A stretch of DNA of 64,000 nucleotides from Yuukianura sp. NJ FZ-2021 (lineage: Eukaryota). The notes below the pieces were generated by a model. That model worked only from the letters and a program-made list of their open reading frames with translations. It was not told where the DNA came from and made no database searches. Positions 1-12,600 of this stretch are shown piece after piece. The position numbers and the translations under genes were made by a program. The stretch lies in NCBI GenBank assembly GCA_046563655.1, contig CM102290.1, forward strand, positions 10,230,001-10,294,000. Reading direction: 5' to 3'. Numbering within the stretch: the stretch's first letter is position 1; every line of letters starts with the position of its first letter.

Positions 1-3000
1 CAATTTGGGGTAATGAGGAACGTTGTCAGAGTGGATGAAAGCCTTGTGAAGGAGGAAGTATTGTCGGCAGCATGCAATACTCCTCGACCTCCAAAAGATC
101 TCATGAGAAAAGAATCCTTTTCATCGACGCTCGCCGAAACGATCGATGTCGTTGCGAGTGATCAGACGGCCTTGGATCCCGCTATATACGGTTGGATATT
201 TTTTAAACAACAATTTAAACTGTACCCGTAACGCGATATATGGTCAAATGATAATGTATCTGAGCTTATTTCCGGGCTTGGTTTCTGTGAATGTCAACAA
301 TTTTTGGATTGGATTTAGAAGCTCGACGTGCTGAGGACGAGGCTAGGAAAGCAAGAAGGAGGCAGTATCAATCGAATAGAAGACGACAAAGTACTGGAAA
401 GGAACCTCAACCGCCCAAGAAACGAGCGCGCAAAGTAAGCTATACAAAACGTCAAATGTCTTCAGAGCTTGAAGTGATTGTTAACTTGTGTGGTTTGTTC
501 AAGGGATCGAAAATGGAGGAAGATTACGAATTGTACTTGGAGACACTGATGACGCAACTGAGGCAACTACCACCAATAGGGATTACGGAACCGGACCTTG
601 GCAGAAACTATGGGGTCTGTGCTCCACCTGGGATAGGTGACATGTCGAAGTTACATACGAGGCGTTACAGTAGGATCCATGGAGATCTTGTGGGTGACAT
701 TGGGAATTCTAGAATTCGTGGGGAAGCGGACTACTATTACACATTTCCATTCGGAACAGAATTAGCCGAGCGTGAGAAGAAACCTCCATCAACACAGCGA
801 GGATTCTACAGCCAAGAATTTGCATCACCCAGAATGGGGAGTTACTGTAAGTGAAAACGTGAATGTTCGACCTTACTCACATGAACACAAAAATGAATTA
901 TTTTTAACATTTACAATTTCAGGTGACAGAGAAGCTAGCAATAGCAGATCATCATCCCCAGGAAGAGACTGTGATACACCGGATACAATAGTTAGTTCAT
1001 CTTCCCCTGAACCTGCTTGCTATGATAGAACCAATCCCTACAGTGGTAAGAGACTTCTTCCGAAAAAAAATAACATAAGAAATAGAATCAAAGGGGAGAT
1101 GATTCATCCTTTTTCATTTGTTTATGATGTAAGAACTCAAGTATATCAACGAGGAGGAGGATATGGAAACAAGAAGTGCGTCGCCCGGTTACGAAATTCA
1201 GCGTCCTATTCCCATTCGGCCTGTTCCGCCGAGATTTGACCTTGGTACTATCAAAGAGGAAATGGTAATTTATCACGTCTCAAGCTATTTCAATTTCTTA
1301 ATCATAAAATTGATGTAATTCTGATATGCTTCTCTCCTACAGGACAAGGAAAACAAGAACATTGCTGTGGATGTGAACTTCAGCAAAACACGGTGCTGCG
1401 GTCCGTTGAGAGAGAGCAGAAATGTGACTGTAACACTCACTTTAGCCTCCAACGCTGTAGATGATATTAGTGGAGTATTGCGGAATTTGGCTAACATCCT
1501 ATCTATTTCCTCCCCGTCTGGTTTTCAAGTCACTGATAGAACGCTCACACCTCCTTCAACTACTCAAAAGGTTGGATCGTACACGTATCGTAGCAAAGAC
1601 GGGAAAGAAGCAGTGGACATCCAAAGTATACTCAACGGCACTGCTAAGTTTTGCCGCCATTGCGACGTCGTAGTTTTGTCAAATATTATTCGAAAAAAAC
1701 CATCGGATCTTCCCGGGCTAAGACTTCCCAATGTCAAAGAAGAAAATGGTGATGGAACAGAAGATTTCTACTTCTGTAGTTCTACGTGCTTTGTTCAATT
1801 CTCCCTGTCCCATGGAATTGCGCAAAGTGTAGAGGAAAAGGCAAGTTGGAATCCTCAAATGACCAATGAAACGCTCATTCGTACATTCTAACTAATATAT
1901 AGTTCTATATAAACAAAAATTGCAACTTTACCTTATTTTAGGCGAGTGCTGTAGTGAGACATCCCAGTGAGTCTGAAACTTCAGACACAAGTCCAAGTAA
2001 GGACTCTAAACCGAAGCACAGGCACCAACACAGCAAAGCAACTAGCGAATCTTTAGAAGTGAGTGGTTTTAGGAATTGATTCACTTTGCTTTCCATTGTT
2101 TATGTTTATCAATCAAAATTTATTGTTACAACCTATTGTTGTTTTCCCAGAAATCAAAAGAGCGTGGAGGAAAACGAATCAAATTGGAGGATGGGAAGCA
2201 ATGGAAGGGAACTCGGTATCGGAATTGGACGGTAAACCAAACTCAGCAAACATCGCCCATCAAATACAAGAAACCGAGTGACAAAGAACTTACAGAAGTA
2301 AGCATTGTCTATAATAGGAAGTTGTAGTAGGCTGTAATTTACAGCCTGTAAAGTGTTGAACATTTTCTTTTTTTTAGCTCTTGTTCCGAATGGGAATTAC
2401 TGTATCTCCTCCTAAGATACCAGAGGATACTCGTCAGTGTCTATTTTGTCATCAGCTTGGAGACTCTGTTTCTGATGGCCCAGCAAGGTATGCAATAAAC
2501 TGGACTGCGATTTGTTGAGCGATGTAACGTTTTTGACACTGTTATTTTTCCCTCTCAGATTGCTGAACTTAGACGTTGACAAGTGGGTTCATTTGAACTG
2601 CGCTCTCTGGTCAGAGGAAGTGTATGAGACTGAGAACGGTGCTTTGGTCAACGTTGAGGTGGCATTGAAACAGAGTCTTGCATTGGAGTGCATTGCCTGT
2701 TCTCAGAAGGGAGCCACTGTCAAATGCTTCAAAGTTCGGTGCTCGGCAGCATATCATTTGGGATGTGCCGTCAAGGAAAATTGTGTCTTTTACAAGAACA
2801 AGGTAATGGACTAAAAGCTTTTCAGGAAAAATGACTTTGCACTTACTTGTTTTATGGTTCGTCTAGACTGTTTACTGTTCATCTCACATTCCTAAAGGAG
2901 AAAAGGACAATGAGTTGACAACGTTGGCCGTTTTTCGAAGAGTGTACATTCAGCGCGACGAAAACCGACAAGTTGCCGCAGTGATGCATCATGCTGACCA

Positions 3001-4469
3001 GCATCATCTCCTGCGTGTTGGATCTCTAATTTTTCTTAGTGTAGGACAACTTCTACCTCATCAGTTGTCAACATTCCACACCAGAAATTACATCTTTCCC
3101 ATTGGATACAAAATTGTAAGTGAATCCCAGCGCATTTGAATTTGTTGTTGATAGTCATCCGTGTCTTACTGTATTTGTAGGTTCGATTCTATTGGAGCAT
3201 GTTTCGAATCAATAAGAGGTGTCAGTACATTTGTTCCATTCATGAGGCAGACGGGAAGCCTGAATTCCGGATAACAGTTGAAGAAAACGGTACAGAGCGA
3301 GTAATCAAGTCAGAGACCGCTCAGGGGGCCTGGCACCAAGTCCTGGAAGCTATTATGAAGCTTCGCGCAACCTCTAACAGTATTAAAGTCTTTCCAACGT
3401 TCATCACTGGAGAAGACTTGTTTGGTCTCACTGAGCCAGCAATAGTCAAGGTAAGGAAATGTAACAACTTGAGGATTGAGGTCTGCCGATTGATAACATA
3501 CCAATTTTATGCATATTTTGTGTATATATGTATAGGTACTGGAGTCCCTTCCGGGAGTGGAAACTTTGAGTGATTATCATTTCAAGTACGGACGGAACCC
3601 TCTCCTTGAATTACCCCTGGCGATAAACCCTACTGGGTGCGCTCGTTCTGAACCGAAACTGAGAACGCATTTCAAACGTCCACATACTCAGCGAACCGGG
3701 AGTTCCAGATCAACTTCCGCCCCAATCACGTCATCTTATTCGTCTGACCCGGCGTCGTGTCCGTATTCGAAACAGTTTGTTCATTCGAAGTCATCACAGT
3801 ACAGAAAAATGAAGCAAGACTGGAGGAACAACGTGTATCTCGCAAGGTAAATATATTGCTTTATATAAATGCAAGGTAAGCATATTACCTCGAAAGGTAA
3901 ATATATAAAGACTTTACGTAAGTCTAATTTCATCATTGTTGAAAGCTGAAGAGCATTCATATTGTATATTCATTTGGTTTAGGTCGAAAATTCAAGGACT
4001 CGGTCTCTACGCTGCAAGGGACATTGAGAAACACACAATGGTGATCGAATACATTGGAGAGATTATTCGTTCCGAATTGGCAGAGCTGCGAGAGAAACGA
4101 TACGAGTCCCAGGTACCAAGGGCGATATCTCGTTGAATTTGAGAAATGTGTAATTTTTATTTAAAAAAACTTATATAAACCATGATATTTCAGAACCGTG
4201 GTATCTACATGTTTCGAGTGGACGAAAACCGTGTAATTGATGCAACCCTGTGCGGTGGTCTAGCTCGTTACATCAATCATTCGTGCAATCCAAATTGTGT
4301 CGCAGAGCAAGTTGAAGTAGAACGCGATATTCGTATTATTATATTCACAAGTCGACGGATTTGCCGCGGAGAGGAACTTTCATATGATTACAAATTTGAA
4401 TTTGAAGACGATCAACACAAGATTCCTTGTCTCTGCGGTGCTCCAAATTGTCGTCAGTGGATGAACTAA
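1..4469 (+). CDS. trr: Histone H3K4 methyltransferase, KMT2C/D (trithorax-related) type; 3' part of a multi-exon gene whose 5' end lies outside the window
   Basis: Spliced exons encode an extended PHD (WVHLNCALWS...C..C...GAT.KC...C...YH..CA), FYRN (LRVGSLIFLSVGQL, FPIGYK), FYRC (ITGEDLFGLTEP), a WIN motif (GCARSEP), SET (IQGLGLYA, ARYINHSCNPNC, ELSYDY) and post-SET (IPCLCGAPNCR). Stop TAA at 4467-4469. Confidence 0.95.
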
Positions 4470-4755
4470 TTTATTTTAGTAGACATACAGAATTTTATAA
4501 CATAATTAAGCAGCCGCAGACATAACAATTTTATAAGAACTAATTAAGCAGAGGTTAGGCAAAAAATTTTTTTATATAACTAATATAATAAAGCAAACAA
4601 ACATTTTCGTTGATTTTCCGTTTCTTCGTTTGTTTGTTTTTGTGTGTTTTTTTTGTTAATTTTTGAAGTACTACCAAAATTTCTATCGACAACTTCTAAC
4701 GAAATACTTCATGCTTGATTTTGGACTTTTCAATATTTGTTAAAGTTTGTCATGG

Positions 4756-7058
4756 TTTTGAAACTTTTTCGTGAAGAGAGTAGATCTCTATCGCTTTCCG
4801 TTCACGAGATATAAAATTTCAAAATTTCATTATAATTTTCAAAAACTTTCAAAATTCATATCTCGGGAACGGAGAGTGATAGAGAGGTAAACTCTTCGCC
4901 CCTGAATTCACAAAAATATGTAGTATTTTTAAAAATTTTAAAAAGGTACCCTCAGATTTTGACGAAATTTCACAAAAAACCATGGACTATAGTCCATGGT
5001 TTTTTTCAAAATTTGACGAAAAACTTGATGTTCCATTTTGGAGTTTTTAATATTCCTAAAAATTCTTTATATTTTTTGAAACTTTTTCGCGAAGAGAGTA
5101 GATCTCTATCGCTTTCCGTTCACGAGATATAAAATTTCAAAATTTCATTTTAATTTTCAAAAACTTGGAAAATTCATATCTCGGGAACGGAGAGTGATAG
5201 AGAGGTAAACTCTTCGCCCCTGAATTCACAAAAATATGTAGTATTTTTAAAAATTTTAAAAAGGTACCCTCAGATTTTGACCAAATTTCACAAAAAACCA
5301 TGGACTATAGTCCATGGTTTTTTTCAAAATTTGACGAAAAACTTGATGTTCCATTTTGGAGTTTTTAATATTCCTAAAAATTCTTTATATTTTTTGAAAC
5401 TTTTTCGCGAAGAGAGTAGATCTCTATCGCTTTCCGTTCACGAGATATAAAATTTCAAAATTTCATTTTAATTTTCAAAAACTTGGAAAATTCATATCTC
5501 GGGAACGGAGAGTGATAGAGAGGTAAACTCTTCGCCCCTGAATTCACAAAAATATGTAGTATTTTTAAAAATTTTAAAAAGGTACCCTCAGATTTTGACC
5601 AAATTTCACAAAAAACCATGGACTATAGTCCATGGTTTTTTTCAAAATTTGACGAAAAACTTGATGTTCCATTTTGGAGTTTTTAATATTCCTAAAAATT
5701 CTTTATATTTTTTGAAACTTTTTCGCGAAGAGAGTAGATCTCTATCGCTTTCCGTTCACGAGATATAAAATTTCAAAATTTCATTATAATTTTCAAAAAC
5801 TTTCAAAATTCATATCTCGGGAACGGAGAGTGATAGAGAGGTAAACTCTTCGCCCCTGAATTCACAAAAATATGGAGTATTTTTAGAAAATATAAAAAGG
5901 TACCCTCAGATTTTGACGAAATTTCACAAAAAACCATGGACTATAGTCCATGGTTTTTTTCAAAATTTGACGAAAAACTTGATGTTCCATTTTGGAGTTT
6001 TTAATATTCCTAAAAATTCTTTATATTTTTTGAAACTTTTTCGCGAAGAGAGTAGATCTCTATCGCTTTCCGTTCACGAGATATAAAATTTCAAAATTTC
6101 ATTTTAATTTTCAAATACTTGGAAAATTCATATCTCGGGAACGGAGAGTGATAGAGAGGTAAACTCTTCGCCCCTGAATTCACAAAAATATGGAGTATTT
6201 TTAGAAAATATAAAAAGGTACCCTCAGATTTTGACGAAATTTCACAAAAAACCATGGACTATAGTCCATGGTTTTTTTCAAAATTTGACGAAAAACTTGA
6301 TGTTCCATTTTGGAGTTTTTAATATTCCTAAAAATTCTTTATATTTTTTGAAACTTTTTCGCGAAGAGAGTAGATCTCTATCGCTTTCCGTTCACGAGAT
6401 ATAAAATTTCAAAATTTCACTTTAATTTTGAAAAACTTGGAAAATTCATATCTCGGGAACGGAGAGTGATAGAGAGGTAAACTCTTCGCCCCTGAATTCA
6501 CAAAAATATGTAGTATTTTTAAAAATTTTAAAAAGGTACCCTCAGATTTTGACCAAATTTCACAAAAAACCATGGACTATAGTCCATGGTTTTTTTCAAA
6601 ATTTGACGAAAAACTTGATGTTCCATTTTGGAGTTTTTAATATTCCTAAAAATTCTTTATATTTTTTGAAACTTTTTCGCGAAGAGAGTAGATCTCTATC
6701 GCTTTCCGTTCACGAGATATAAAATTTCAAAATTTCACTTTAATTTTGAAAAACTTGGAAAATTCATATCTCGGGAACGGAGAGTGATAGAGAGGTAAAC
6801 TCTTCGCCCCTGAATTCACAAAAATATGTAGTATTTTTAAAAATTTTAAAAAGGTACCCTCAGATTTTGACCAAATTTCACAAAAAACCATGGACTATAG
6901 TCCATGGTTTTTTTCAAAATTTGACGAAAAACTTGATGTTCCATTTTGGAGTTTTTAATATTCCTAAAAATTCTTTATATTTTTTGAAACTTTTTCGCGA
7001 AGAGAGTAGATCTCTATCACTTTACGTTGACGAGATATAAAATTTCAAAATTTCATTG
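4756..7058. repeat. Tandem satellite array, 318-bp monomer, 7 full copies plus a partial copy
   Basis: The anchor TAGATCTCTATC recurs at 4781, 5099, 5417, 5735, 6053, 6371, 6689 and 7007, an exact 318-bp period. Copies are nearly identical. Each monomer contains the perfect palindrome AAAAAACCATGGACTATAGTCCATGGTTTTTT. Confidence 0.97.
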
Positions 7059-8085
7059 TAAAAAAAGAAACTATTTTTTTGTGATTTTTGTTGAACACTT
7101 TTTCATCTGATTGACTCTGCTGCTTTCTCCGGCTCGTCGTTCCCTTTTCGATGTGCTGAATTGGAAGAGTTGAAAAGCGAGATAATTCGACAACAATCTA
7201 GATGTATTTCATTCTTATTTCTCTTGTTTATTAGTCATTTGTAAATAGCACGTTGCTTGAAGACTTCTCTAATGTTAATTTGTATTGTTAAACATAAGCC
7301 ACAAGAAGCTATGTGGTCTTCCAAATCAAAATGTGGACTTTAAATATAGTATTAAATATTATTTATATTTATCGTGCTAACATTGAAATCAAAGCGTTCG
7401 GGTTTGGTAACCAGACAAAAACAGAGAAGAAAGGACAAATCAATCAGCGCAGGACGATTTTCACAGGGTAGATGCTTTTGGTTGTTTAGAATCAAGCATA
7501 TGAGTAGCTACAGTGGTTTCCGAAGATTTGGAAGTAGATTTTGTCTTTTCAAAAGGGACGGGACTTGCAAAGGGACATGCATTTCAAAAGAGAGTAAAAG
7601 TATTTGTCAACGATTAGAAGGGAAGAAAGAGACGGAATTAGATACTATTAAACTCGTATTAATTTGTTACATTATTTCTAATTGTAAACATCAATGTATA
7701 ATAATTATATTTATTACTATTTAGGCATAGATGCACGAGCCTGAAAGTATTTCCTAAGACAAGTGTGTAAAACGGTTTACTCGTCATATAGCTTTGTTTT
7801 AACTTTGGTAATCAAACATTTCAACGAGTGTTCTAGTGATTCTTTTTTTTATAAATTCTTTGAGCATTGGATTCATCTCGTAGTCTGTATGAAATACCGA
7901 TGTGGTTTATGTTTTTAAATATCACCAAGAAACAACAGACCATTTAAAAACGGTTTCTTCTTACAGAACTGGAAATGGAAACAAGAAAAAAATAGAAGCG
8001 CCGTCAAAAGTAGATTTAGACAAAAAACGAAAGCGTTTGTCGCCCTAATGTCATTGTGCGTCTGCGTCTGTCCAATAGCCCATGC

Positions 8086-11000
8086 TCATGCGCCATGTGA
8101 TTCGGAATTACTCGTCCTTGTACTCGTTGTCTCCTCTGCATCACAGGTGTACTTCCCTGCAAACAGACCAAAATACTTAAGATTGCAGTGTCGTATCGGA
8201 TCTCAGCATTAATTTCGTGCAAAAATTACCCGAAACAAAACACCTCTTGATCAAGGAGACTCGGTAGCCAGAACCCATCAGGTAAAACTCATTCCCAGAA
8301 AGAGTAGAGTTCTCACAACTGAATTGGGCAGCTATTACTCCCTAGAGAGAATATTTACCTTTTTAAGTTTTCAAAACAGATTGTTATTAAGTGTTCTTCA
8401 AAAAAATAAAAAACTTACTACAGAACTCTGTACCGTTGTAACTTCAAATCTAGCACGAAGTGTGCCCACACCCTGGTTTGCCGAAGCGCATGATATACTT
8501 GGAATTTTCCAACATGCCCTCGTCGTGTTTGGAAACCTGTAACAAAAAAAAACGTTTTTTTTAGTGTTAACTCACAGCCTGAACCGTTAATAGTCGCTTT
8601 GCTAGTTCTCAATGCGAAATTCAATTTGTCGAGGAAGTATTTCCTTACCACTGGCCAGTAGGTTTTGATTGCATGCTTTTGACACCCCCGTCGACATGGG
8701 CGGCGATGCAAACGTGGAGTAAAGGAGGAAGCTCATTTTTACTGCTCATATTCGGAAAAGGTGACTGTGAGGATGGAGCCATGGCATGACTGTTACATTT
8801 GTAGTCAATCCTCAGATCCACTTGGCTAAGTTCACGCTTCCAAAATGCCACTAAATGCAGTGGACAGGAACCAGCACCAGATTTAGGAGTAATCTGAAAC
8901 CAGAGTATCTCTCATTTTTAACACAATACTACAAGAGCTACGTATGTCAAGCTTACGTGGTATTTGAATATGTTCAAGTTAAAGTAAGACGCATTGGGGT
9001 TCTGTTCTGAGTTCTTTTTCAACAGAACCACTAAGGCACTCATGTCAAACTCAACTATCAAATCCTCCTGTTCTCGCTGTCTGAAATTGAAAAAATTCTA
9101 CTATATTAATTATTATTTAGGTAGCCAAATCGATTGATGAGTTCAGATTGCAGCTTACACATGAACGAGCTCTTTGTTCCACACGAGATTGTCAAGACGC
9201 TGCAAGGTACGTACTTGGAAAGAGAGTTGATTTGGATTTGGATTGCTGGCAAAAACATGCAGAATCCCTGCCGGAAAGGAAAGCATCATATCACCAGTTA
9301 TTTTTACTTGGCACCTGAGGAGACAATGGAAAGCAAAATATCAGTTATTTGCAAAAAAAAGAACCAACATTAAGTGGATTTGATGTTAGCCTCACAATGT
9401 CTCGTCATTCCCTTTGAACCGAGCATGGACAATTTCATGGAAGGCAACTGCAAGTGGAATTGAGTCCGACATGCCAATGGTCAGTGGAGAAGGACCTCTT
9501 GAACCTGTCACGTAGCTACCGATGCTTCTTGTGTCAAGACTTCCAATACTCTCAGTTCGAGATATTGCTGGTGAGGGTGAGCTCAAGTTGCGCTGCATCA
9601 GTCCCTTAAAAAAACAGACAGGAATTATTTTCTACAAGGAGTTTCATTTTCAACTTTCTACGTAGTATAAAAACTGCAACAAATTACCTCCGGACGTGGT
9701 CGTGAGGATGGCCTTGGAATTGCAACTAAGCCGCTCGTTGGAGTCGGTGTATTCCGGTAAGTTCCGGGTTGCCTCACCGGTAGCGGCGGTTGAATGTCTC
9801 CCACTTCATTAAAAATGTCAGCTAATTCTGAAAAACAAATTGATGGTAACTCTCCCTGTGAGGTAAAACTTGTCGATTGACGTTGTAACTAATTCACCTG
9901 AATAGCGAGAGGTGTCAGTCAGCATAGTCTTTGGATTTGTTCTATGATTTGTGGCAACTGGTGGACTGAGGGGCGTGTAGTGATGGCGAGAAGGTGGCGA
10001 AGAACTTCCAATTCTCTGGGAGACTGATTGTGACCGTTTCATTGTCGCTTCAGCATCATGTAACATAAGTTTTCTAGTCTGCAACACAAACAAAAATAGA
10101 AATTGCTACATCAACTGGATACCACCACTAGCAACAATGAAAATAAGCCCAAACTAAACGAATTGTGTAACTCACTGCAATTCCAATTGGGGACAGAGTC
10201 ATGTTCTCCACGGTAGTTCGAAGCTCGTCAACACTTGCACTCAGAGGAGGTCCATTTCCGTTGGTAGAAGGCTTTATTTCAAATCGCAGTCTTTTGTCAC
10301 GATCGTCATCTGGAACACAAGCAAAAAGAGGAATCAAAATCCAGAACCTACAGTTAGTAGTCAATTCGGCTGAAACAATTTTCCGAGTAAACCTAATTTA
10401 TTCTTACCGGAATCAGATTCGGAGCTAGAATAGAAGCTACTCTTGTCATTTTCAAATGTGGTCTTTGGTCGAATTGTGTAACCCTCGTCGTCAATCTCAG
10501 CCGTAGGTGTTTCCGACTGTTGACTTCCTCCGTCCTTTTCATCCCTGAAATAAATCAAAATTCGGAATCACGAATCCTCAACTACAGAAATATCAAGTTA
10601 TTCCCTTACGCATCAGACTTTTCTTCCTTTCCAGTACTTGGGTTGATACCATCCTTCTTCTTGGACTTCTTGTCCTTCTTCTCTCTTCGACTCCTTAGGA
10701 ACCCTGAAAATCCATTCATAAACTTCATTTCTTCAAGGTAATATCACAATGAATGTTTGCCAAAGACTAAAAAGTAGAAATTCACTGCAAAAAGAAATAG
10801 GGTATTCGAATGGCAGAATGCATCCAGTCGTTGTTGGTGCGTAGAAAAAACGGAACAGTTAATGATGTAGTGTCAAGGAGACTTAACTCAGTGTGGCATA
10901 GCAATTACAATTGAAAAGTTTAAGAACCTGCTGTCCACGACGATATACTTGAGTAGGGGGATCGAGCAGCAGAGTCTCCTATTATTGTAGCAAGCAGCGC

Positions 11001-12600
11001 AACGTCACAAAATGAAGAACATGAGTTACTTATAGTTCATCATTAAAGTTGCTCATCATTAAAATTCATCATAAATTTGTCTGGTAATGTTCAATAAAAT
11101 GTAAGGAATTATGAGACAGCATGAGGGAGGACTCTTCACTAAATGTTATTGCTTGACACTAAGCTCAAGACTGACTGGATACAAATGATATAATCATGAG
11201 TGACCTTGAGTATATTAACTTAAATTGGTCAAAACACCCCATTTCAGATGTAATCACAATGTCCACTCATGTCTACAACCGTTGAATACAACAGAAACTT
11301 GTGTCAGCTGTTGACGTACCTTGGGAAAGTGGAATGAATAAGTTAAGTAGAGATGTCGTTCTCCTTGACCCTTTAGCAGGCCGTATGTCCTCGACAAGGT
11401 CACCGTTTGTTTCCGGGTGACGGACTTTCTCTCCATTGATTGACTTGTCATCTGAGGCTTCACTTCCTAAACTCTCTCGGTCAGCGCTGCCTCCGCCTCC
11501 TCCAGCAGTAGTGGGCTCTTCCATAGCTACAGCTAAAGGAATTGGAACACTTCCTGCAAATCAATGCAAAACGTAGCTGTTAGTACCCGAGTTGATTACC
11601 ACTTTACCACTTTTGTACTTTCGGATTGATATTATGAGAACTCAAGGTGTGTCAAATTACCGGTAGACATATTTACCTGGTGGAATGAATTCGCCCTTGA
11701 CTCACAACCGGCCGTCATGTCTCCATTTAGAAGATAAGATTGATCTTAGAGTGAAATTACTCTAACACTGATTGGTCTGTGTAGCCTGGTATGCAGTTGT
11801 AGGACTTAGCAGCTTGAAAGTTATGTGAACTGAAACTACAGAGTTAGCCTAGAAGTCCTCCAGGATGGAGATGCCATATTCTCATTCCCGTGTCACCTAC
11901 TTATTTAGTAACTGCTCAATTCCTTCCGAGCAATAACTGGAAGTGGAGTGCAGTAATCACTGAACTGAGCCACGGACGATGCGTGTAGGCTGGAAAAAGA
12001 AAAAATTGAAATGTAGATTTTGAATGAAAAGAGAACTCCTCTTTTATTGAAAAGAGTTCGAACTTTCCTCTGCTTCACAGATGGAACATTCTCACCTCTA
12101 AACCAATCCCGCCGCTTTGTTGAACAACAACAGCTTCAATTTCTGAGTGAATTCCTGCAAAAAAAAAAACAAACAAAATTAACACCTTAGTATTACTAAT
12201 ATTATAGTAAAATACAACATAAATTGATTATAAATATCATTACTCGTTCCCTTCACATTACAATTACCCTCCATCTGCACTAAAAAGCTCAACAACCATG
12301 GACATCCTCCTTGTAATTGCTTTCAACTGTCATTTCACCTGCGCATTCCCACTCCAAGGCGGTTTCAACCCCCTCGACTCCACCCGAAATCCACGCTAAT
12401 TCAATTTGAGATTAATCAATTAGTCAACTACGCTGCTGTCGCTGTCCCAAAGTTATGAATGCCAAGACGTTGCTCTCGGCTATTTAGCTCCTGTCTAACC
12501 TGTCCGGAATAACCAAAGCGACGAGGCATTTTAGTGTTTTCGAGTGTGAAAGATTTCATCCCTGTGGCGTCCGGTTCCTTGTCTCCCGCGTCCATTGTGA
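8086..12600 (-). CDS. FCHO/SGIP1-family endocytic adaptor with C-terminal mu-homology domain; multi-exon, 5' boundary uncertain
   Basis: Exons encode [21 protein letters not shown], the Ser/Pro-rich linker with [31 protein letters not shown] (start of the muHD), DLRIDYKCN and [18 protein letters not shown]. Stop TGA at 8086-8088. The start codon could not be fixed. Confidence 0.85.

Noticed and set aside
4756..7058. Palindromic repeats as a CRISPR array or RNA-gene cluster
   Set aside because: The whole 318-bp monomers are near-identical with no variable spacers, and I saw no tRNA, 5S or snRNA motifs.
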